From Macrostomum lignano (Eukaryota): DNA of 54,115 bases. Below, one piece after another: positions 44,901 through 54,115 of this stretch (position 1 is the first letter of the stretch; the number at the start of each line of letters is the position of its first letter). A program made the translations under genes and the position numbers. The notes under the pieces were generated by a model that was not told the origin of the DNA, searched no databases, and worked only from the letters and a program-made list of their open reading frames with translations. The stretch spans positions 1 to 54,115 of the forward strand of contig NIVC01004224.1 of assembly GCA_002269645.1 (NCBI GenBank). The letters run 5' to 3'.

Positions 44901-47900
44901 CACTGACTGGAGTACAAGATACACTGACTGGAGTAGAAGAGACACTGACTGGAGTACAAGAGACACTGACTGGAGTAGAAGAGTCACTGACTGGAGTACA
45001 AGATACACTGACTGGAGTAGAAGAGACACTGACTGGAGTACAAGAGACACTGACTGGAGTAGAAGAGTCACTGACTGGAGTACAAGATACACTGACTGGA
45101 GTAGAAGAGACACTGACTGGAGTACAAGAGACACTGACTGGAGTAGAAGAGACACTGACTGGAGTAGAAGAGTCACTGACTGGAGTAGAAGAGACACTGA
45201 CTGGAGTAGAAGAGTCACTGACTGGAGTAGAAGAGTCACTGACTGGAGTACAAGATACACTGACAGGAGTACAAGAGACACTGACTGGAGTAGAAGAGAC
45301 ACTGACTGGAGTAGAAGAGACACTGACTGGAGTAGAAGAGACACTGACTGGAGTACAAGAGACACTGACTGGAGTAGAAGAGTCACTGACTGGAGTACAA
45401 GATACACTGACTGGAGTACAAGAGACACTGACTGGAGTAGAAGAGACACTGACTGGAGTAGAAGAGACACTGACTGGAGTAGAAGAGACACTGACTGGAG
45501 TACAAGAGACACTGACTGGAGTACAAGAGACACTGACTGGAGTAGAAGAGACACTGACTGGAGTAGAAGAGACACTGACTGGAGTAGAAGAGACACTGAC
45601 TGGAGTAGAAGAGACACTGACTGGAGTACAAGAGACACTGACTGGAGTAGAAGAGTCACTGACTGGAGTAGAAGAGACACTGACTGGAGTAGAAGAGACA
45701 CTGACTGGAGTACAAGAGACACTGACTGGAGTAGAAGAGTCACTGACTGGAGTACAAGATACACTGACTGGAGTAGAAGAGACACTGACTGGAGTACAAG
45801 AGACACTGACTGGAGTAGAAGAGTCACTGACTGGAGTACAAGATACACTGACTGGAGTAGAAGAGACACTGACTGGAGTACAAGAGACACTGACTGGAGT
45901 AGAAGAGACACTGACTGGAGTAGAAGAGACACTGACTGGAGTACAAGAGACACTGACTGGAGTAGAAGAGACACTGACTGGAGTACAAGAGACACTGACT
46001 GGAGTAGAAGAGACACTGACTGGAGTACAAGAGACACTGACTGGAGTAGAAGAGACACTGACTGGAGTAGAAGATACACTGACTGGAGTAGAAGAGACAC
46101 TGACTGGAGTACAAGAGACACTGACTGGAGTAGAAGAGTCACTGACTGGAGTACAAGATACACTGACTGGAGTACAAGAGACACTGACTGGAGTACAAGA
46201 GACACTGACTGGAGTAGAAGAGACACTGACTGGAGTACAAGAGACACTGACTGGAGTACAAGAGACACTGACTGGAGTAGAAGAGACACTGACTGGAGTA
46301 GAAGAGACACTGACTGGAGTAGAAGAGACACTGACTGGAGTAGAAAAGACACTGACTGGAGTAGAAGAGACACTGACTGGAGTAGAAGAGTCACTGACTG
46401 GAGTACAAGATACACTGACTGGAGTAGAAGAGACACTGACTGGAGTACAAGAGACACTGACTGGAGTAGAAGAGTCACTGACTGGAGTACAAGATACACT
46501 GACTGGAGTAGAAGAGTCACTGACTGGAGTAGAAGAGACACTGACTGGAGTACAAGAGACACTGACTGGAGTACAAGAGACACTGACTGGAGTAGAAGAG
46601 ACACTGACTGGAGTAGAAGAGACACTGACTGGAGTACAAGAGACACTGACTGGAGTACAAGATACACTGACTGGAGTACAAGATACACTGACTGGAGTAC
46701 AAGATACACTGACTGGAGTACAAGAGACACTGACTGGAGTAGAAGAGACACTGACTGGAGTACAAGAGACACTGACTGGAGTAGAAGAGACACTGACTGG
46801 AGTACAAGAGACACTGACTGGAGTACAAGAGACACTGACTGGAGTACAAGATACACTGACTGGAGTACAAGATACACTGACTGGAGTACAAGATACACTG
46901 ACTGGAGTACAAGAGACACTGACTGGAGTAGAAGAGACACTGACTGGAGTAGAAGAGACACTGACTGGAGTACAAAAGACACTGACTGGAGTACAAGATA
47001 CACTGACTGGAGTACAAGATACACTGACTGGAGTACAAGATACACTGACTGGAGTACAAGAGACACTGACTGGAGTAGAAGAGACACTGACTGGAGTAGA
47101 AGAGACACTGACTGGAGTACAAGATACACTGACTGGAGTAGAAGAGACACTGACTGGAGTACAAGAGACACTGACTGGAGTAGAAGAGACACTGACTGGA
47201 GTAGTAGAGACACTGACTGGAGTACAAGAGACACTGACTGGAGTAGAAGAGTCACTGACTGGAGTAGAAGAGACACTGACTGGAGTACAAGAGACACTGA
47301 CTGGAGTACAAGATACACTGACTGGAGTAGAAGAGACACTGACTGGAGTAGAAGAGACACTGACTGGAGTACAAGATACACTGACTGGAGTAGAAGAGAC
47401 ACTGACTGGAGTAGAAGAGACACTGACTGGAGTAGAAGAGACACTGACTGGAGTACAAGAGACACTGACTGGAGTAGAAGAGACACTGACTGGAGTACAA
47501 GAGACACTGACTGGAGTAGAAGAGACACTGACTGGAGTAGAAGAGACACTGACTGGAGTAGAAGAGACACTGACTGGAGTAGAAGAGACACTGACTGGAG
47601 TAGAAGAGACACTGACTGGAGTAGAAGAGACACTGACTGGAGTAGAAGAGACACTGACTGGAGTAGAAGAGTCACTGACTGGAGTAGAAGAGACACTGAC
47701 TGGAGTAGAAGAGACACTGACTGGAGTAGAAGAGACACTGACTGGAGTAGAAGAGACACTGACTGGAGTAGAAGAGACACTGACTGGAGTAGAAGAGACA
47801 CTGACTGGAGTAGAAGAGACACTGACTGGAGTAGAAGAGACACTGACTGGAGTACAAGATACACTGACTGGAGTAGAAGAGACACTGACTGGAGTAGAAG

Positions 47901-50900
47901 AGACACTGACTGGAGTAGAAGAGACACTGACTGGAGTAGAAGAGACACTGACTGGAGTAGAAGAGACACTGACTGGAGTAGAAGAGTCACTGACTGGAGT
48001 AGAAGAGACACTGACTGGAGTAGAAGAGACACTGACTGGAGTACAAGATACACTGACTGGAGTAGAAGAGACACTGACTGGAGTAGAAGAGACACTGACT
48101 GGAGTAGAAGAGTCACTGACTGGAGTAGAAGAGACACTGACTGGAGTAGAAGAGACACTGACTGGAGTAGAAGAGTCACTGACTGGAGTAGAAGAGACAC
48201 TGACTGGAGTACAAGAGACACTGACTGGAGTAGAAGAGTCACTGACTGGAGTAGAAGAGACACTGACTGGAGTAGAAGAGTCACTGACTGGAGTACAAGA
48301 TACACTGACTGGAGTACAAGAGACACTGACTGGAGTAGAAGAGACACTGACTGGAGTACAAGAGACACTGACTGGAGTAGAAGAGACACTGACTGGAGTA
48401 CAAGAGACACTGACTGGAGTACAAGAGACACTGACTGGAGTACAAGAGACACTGACTGGAGTAGAAGAGACACTGACTGGAGTAGAAGAGACACTGACTG
48501 GAGTAGAAGAGACACTGACTGGAGTACAAGAGACACTGACTGGAGTAGAAGAGTCACTGACTGGAGTACAAGATACACTGACTGGAGTAGAAGAGACACT
48601 GACTGGAGTACAAGAGACACTGACTGGAGTAGAAGAGTCACTGACTGGAGTACAAGATACACTGACTGGAGTAGAAGAGACACTGACTGGAGTACAAGAG
48701 ACACTGACTGGAGTAGAAGAGTCACTGACTGGAGTACAAGATACACTGACTGGAGTAGAAGAGACACTGACTGGAGTACAAGAGACACTGACTGGAGTAG
48801 AAGAGACACTGACTGGAGTAGAAGAGACACTGACTGGAGTACAAGAGACACTGACTGGAGTAGAAGAGACACTGACTGGAGTACAAGAGACACTGACTGG
48901 AGTAGAAGAGACACTGACTGGAGTACAAGAGACACTGACTGGAGTAGAAGAGACACTGACTGGAGTAGAAGATACACTGACTGGAGTAGAAGAGACACTG
49001 ACTGGAGTACAAGAGACACTGACTGGAGTAGAAGAGTCACTGACTGGAGTACAAGATACACTGACTGGAGTACAAGAGACACTGACTGGAGTACAAGAGA
49101 CACTGACTGGAGTAGAAGAGACACTGACTGGAGTACAAGAGACACTGACTGGAGTACAAGAGACACTGACTGGAGTAGAAGAGACACTGACTGGAGTAGA
49201 AGAGACACTGACTGGAGTACAAGAGACACTGACTGGAGTAGAAGAGACACTGACTGGAGTAGAAGAGACACTGACTGGAGTAGAAGAGTCACTGACTGGA
49301 GTACAAGATACACTGACTGGAGTAGAAGAGACACTGACTGGAGTACAAGAGACACTGACTGGAGTAGAAGAGTCACTGACTGGAGTACAAGATACACTGA
49401 CTGGAGTAGAAGAGTCACTGACTGGAGTAGAAGAGACACTGACTGGAGTACAAGAGACACTGACTGGAGTACAAGAGACACTGACTGGAGTAGAAGAGAC
49501 ACTGACTGGAGTAGAAGAGACACTGACTGGAGTACAAGAGACACTGACTGGAGTACAAGATACACTGACTGGAGTACAAGATACACTGACTGGAGTACAA
49601 GATACACTGACTGGAGTACAAGAGACACTGACTGGAGTAGAAGAGACACTGACTGGAGTACAAGAGACACTGACTGGAGTAGAAGAGACACTGACTGGAG
49701 TAGAAGAGACACTGACTGGAGTACAAGAGACACTGACTGGAGTACAAGATACACTGACTGGAGTACAAGATACACTGACTGGAGTACAAGATACACTGAC
49801 TGGAGTACAAGAGACACTGACTGGAGTAGAAGAGACACTGACTGGAGTAGAAGAGACACTGACTGGAGTAGAAAGACACTGACTGGAGTACAAGATACAC
49901 TGACTGGAGTACAAGATACACTGACTGGAGTACAAGATACACTGACTGGAGTACAAGAGACACTGACTGGAGTAGAAGAGACACTGACTGGAGTAGAAGA
50001 GACACTGACTGGAGTACAAGATACACTGACTGGAGTAGAAGAGACACTGACTGGAGTACAAGAGACACTGACTGGAGTAGAAGAGACACTGACTGGAGTA
50101 GAAGAGACACTGACTGGAGTAAAGAGACACTGACTGGAGTAGAAGACACTGACTGGAGTAGAAGAGACACTGACTGGAGTAGAAGAGACACTGACTGGAG
50201 TACAAGATACACTGACTGGAGTAGAAGAGACACTGACTGGAGTAGAAGAGACACTGACTGGAGTAGAAGATACACTGACTGGAGTAGAAGAGACACTGAC
50301 TGGAGTAGAAGAGACACTGACTGGAGTAGAAGAGACACTGACTGGAGTACAAGAGACACTGACTGGAGTAGAAGAGACACTGACTGGAGTACAAGAGACA
50401 CTGACTGGAGTAGAAGAGACACTGACTGGAGTAGAAGAGACACTGACTGGAGTAGAAGAGACACTGACTGGAGTAGAAGAGACACTGACTGGAGTAGAAG
50501 AGACACTGACTGGAGTAGAAGAGACACTGACTGGAGTAGAAGAGACACTGACTGGAGTAGAAGAGACACTGACTGGAGTAGAAGAGACACTGACTGGAGT
50601 AGAAGAGACACTGACTGGAGTAGAAGAGACACTGACTGGAGTAGAAGAGACACTGACTGGAGTAGAAGAGACACTGACTGGAGTAGAAGAGACACTGACT
50701 GGAGTAGAAGAGACACTGACTGGAGTAGAAGAGACACTGACTGGAGTAGAAGAGACACTGACTGGAGTAGAAGAGACACTGACTGGAGTAGAAGAGACAC
50801 TGACTGGAGTAGAAGAGACACTGACTGGAGTAGAAGAGACACTGACTGGAGTAGAAGATACACTGACTGGAGTAGAAGAGCACTGACTGGAGTAGAAGAG

Positions 50901-53900
50901 ACACTGACTGGAGTAGAAGAGACACTGACTGGAGTAGAAGAGACACTGACTGGAGTAGAAGAGACACTGACTGGAGTAGAAGAGACACTGACTGGAGTAG
51001 AAGAGACACTGACTGGAGTAGAAGAGACACTGACTGGAGTAGAAGAGACACTGACTGGAGTAGAAGAGACACTGACTGGAGTAGAAGAGACACTGACTGG
51101 AGTACAAGAGACACTGACTGGAGTAGAAGAGACACTGACTGGAGTAGAAGAGACACTGACTGGAGTAGAAGAGACACTGACTGGAGTACAAGATACACTG
51201 ACTGGAGTACAAGAGACACTGACTGGAGTACAAGATACACTGACTGGAGTACAAGAGACACTGACTGGAGTAGAAGAGACACTGACTGGAGTAGAAGAGA
51301 CACTGACTGGAGTAGAAGAGACACTGACTGGAGTAGAAGAGACACTGACTGGAGTACAAGAGACACTGACTGGAGTACAAGAGACACTGACTGGAGTAGA
51401 AGAGACACTGACTGGAGTAGAAGAGACACTGACTGGAGTAGAAGAGACACTGACTGGAGTACAAGAGACACTGACTGGAGTAGAAGAGACACTGACTGGA
51501 GTACAAGATACACTGACTGGAGTAGAAGAGACACTGACTGGAGTACAAGAGACACTGACTGGAGTAGAAGAGACACTGACTGGAGTACAAGATCACTGAC
51601 TGGAGTAGAAGAGACACTGACTGGAGTAGAAGAGACACTGACTGGAGTACAAGAGACACTGACTGGAGTAGAAGATCACTGACTGGAGTAGAAGAGACAC
51701 TGACTGGAGTACAAGAGACACTGACTGGAGTAGAAGAGACACTGACTGGAGTAGAAGAGACACTGACTGGAGTACAAGAGACACTGACTGGAGTAGAAGA
51801 GACACTGACTGGAGTAGAAGAGACACTGACTGGAGTAGAAGAGACACTGACTGGAGTACAAGAGACACTGACTGGAGTAGAAGAGACACTGACTGGAGTA
51901 GAAGAGACACTGACTGGAGTAGAAGAGACACTGACTGGAGTAGAAGAGACACTGACTGGAGTACAAGAGACACTGACTGGAGTACAAGAGACACTGACTG
52001 GAGTACAAGAGACACTGACTGGAGTAGAAGAGACACTGACTGGAGTACAAGAGACACTGACTGGAGTAGAAGAGACACTGACTGGAGTACAAGAGACACT
52101 GACTGGAGTACAAGAGACACTGACTGGAGTAGAAGAGACACTGACTGGAGTAAAGAGACACTGACTGGAGTACAAGAACACTGACTGGAGTAGAAGAGAC
52201 ACTGACTGGAGTAGAAGATACACTGACTGGAGTAGAAGAGACACTGACTGGAGTACAAGAGACACTGACTGGAGTACAAGAGTCACTGACTGGAGTACAA
52301 GATACACTGACTGGAGTACAAGAGACACTGACTGGAGTACAAGAGACACTGACTGGAGTAGAAGAGACACTGACTGGAGTAGAAGAGACACTGACTGGAG
52401 TAGAAGAGACACTGACTGGAGTAGAAGAGACACTGACTGGAGTACAAGATACACTGACTGGAGTACAAGATACACTGACTGGAGTACAAGAGACACTGAC
52501 TGGAGTACAAGAGACACTGACTGGAGTACAAGAGACACTGACTGGAGTAGAAGATACACTGACTGGAGTACAAGAGACTGACTGGAGTAGAAGAGACACT
52601 GACTGGAGTAGAAGAGACACTGACTGGAGTAGAAGAGACACTGACTGGAGTACAAGAGACACTGACTGGAGTAGAAGAGTCACTGACTGGAGTACAAGAT
52701 ACACTGACTGGAGTAGAAGAGACACTGACTGGAGTACAAGAGACACTGACTGGAGTAGAAGAGTCACTGACTGGAGTACAAGATACACTGACTGGAGTAG
52801 AGAGACACTGACTGGAGTAGAAGAGACACTGACTGGAGTAGAAGAGACACTGACTGGAGTAGAAGAGACACTGACTGGAGTAGAAGAGACACTGACTGGA
52901 GTAGAAGAGACACTGACTGGAGTACAAGAGACACTGACTGGAGTAGAAGAGACACTGACTGGAGTACAAGAGACACTGACTGGAGTAGAAGAGACACTGA
53001 CTGGAGTAGAAGAGACACTGACTGGAGTAGAAGAGACACTGACTGGAGTAGAAGAGACACTGACTGGAGTACAAGATACACTGACTGGAGTACAAGAGAC
53101 ACTGACTGGAGTACAAGAGACACTGACTGGAGTAGAAGAGACACTGACTGGAGTAGAAGAGACACTGACTGGAGTAGAAGAGACACTGACTGGAGTACAA
53201 GATACACTGACTGGAGTAGAAGAGACACTGACTGGAGTAGAAGAGACACTGACTGGAGTAGAAGAGACACTGACTGGAGTAGAAGAGACACTGACTGGAG
53301 TAGAAGAGACACTGACTGAGTAGAAGAGACACTGACTGGAGTAGAAGAGACACTGACTGGAGTACAAGATACACTGACTGGAGTACAAGAGTCACTGACT
53401 GGAGTAGAAGAGTCACTGACTGGAGTACAAGATACACTGACTGGAGTAGAAGACACTGACTGGAGTAAAGAGACACTGACTGGAGTAGAAGACACTGACT
53501 GGAGTACAAGAGTCACTGACTGGAGTAGAAGATACACTGACTGGAGTACAAGATACACTGACTGGAGTAGAAGAGACACTGACTGGAGTAGAAGAGTCAC
53601 TGACTGGAGTACAAGATACACTGACTGGAGTAGAAGAGACACTGACTGGAGTAAAGAACACTGACTGGAGTAGAAGAGACACTGACTGGAGTAGAAGAAC
53701 ACTGACTGGAGTACAAGATACACTGACTGGAGTACAAGAGACTGACTGGAGTACAAGAGACACTGACTGAGTAGAAGAGACACTGACTGGAGTAGAAGAG
53801 ACACTGACTGGAGTACAAGATACACTGACTGGAGTACAAGATACACTGACTGGAGTACAAGATACACTGACTGGAGTACAAGAGTCACTGACTGGAGTAC

Positions 53901-54115
53901 AAGTACACTGACTGGAGTACAAGATACACTGACTGGAGTACAAGAGACACTGACTGGAGTACAAGATACACTGACTGAGTAGAAGATACACTGACTGGAG
54001 TACAAGATACACTGACTGGAGTACAAGAGACACTGACTGGAGTACAAGAGTCACTGACTGGAGTAAGAGACACTGACTGAGTACAAGAGTCACTGACTGG
54101 AGTACAAGATACACT
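41906..54115. repeat. Large satellite, 21-bp unit GACTGGAGTAGAAGAGACACT, ~580 copies, truncated by the window end
   Basis: Continuous tandem array with three recurrent variant positions; degenerate G-rich lead-in at ~41808-41905; source of all ORFs beyond 41679. Confidence 0.99.

Noticed and set aside
41679-54114. Giant minus-strand ORFs (3658, 3266 aa and others) of VSLLLQS / SSTPVSV / FYSSQCL repeats
   Set aside because: The 21-bp unit has no stop in any minus frame; the ORFs switch frames at single-base indels and have no unique domain.
49860-54115. Increasing single-base deletions in satellite units toward the right end
   Set aside because: The pattern fits low-coverage long-read consensus error near a contig end; it cannot be treated as biology without raw reads.

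Overview
Eukaryotic (animal) genomic DNA, not prokaryotic or viral. GC3-rich exons, spliceosomal introns, poly-Q/poly-A tracts and very dense minisatellites resemble the flatworm Macrostomum; this organism assignment is an inference only. Nine protein-coding genes can be modelled: two intronless paralogs of an unrecognised family (760-1284, 3285-3719), an intronless divergent Rad6/UBE2A-type E2 (minus), a 4-repeat annexin, IQCD/DRC10 (minus), TMED2/p24beta, a stand-alone CAP-Gly protein, a secreted PAN/Apple + C-type lectin, and a PKA-catalytic-subunit-like probable pseudokinase. Mobile DNA includes a complete non-autonomous LTR element (TRIM-like, with LTRs, PBS, PPT and TSD), three copies of a tRNA-derived SINE, several hAT- and Tc1/mariner-type MITEs (one nested pair) and a decayed LINE RT. 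About ten different minisatellite arrays occur, most inside introns, and a >12 kb 21-bp satellite runs off the right end. All very long ORFs in the track are repeat artefacts. Best leads: (1) the novel paralog pair with spliced, uORF-containing GC-rich leaders, one holding a 460-bp fold-back; (2) the PKA-like pseudokinase; (3) the TRIM; (4) CpG-deamination signatures in TE copies implying patchy DNA methylation; (5) intronic minisatellites whose units mimic 3' splice sites. None is proven to be a new biological system from sequence alone.
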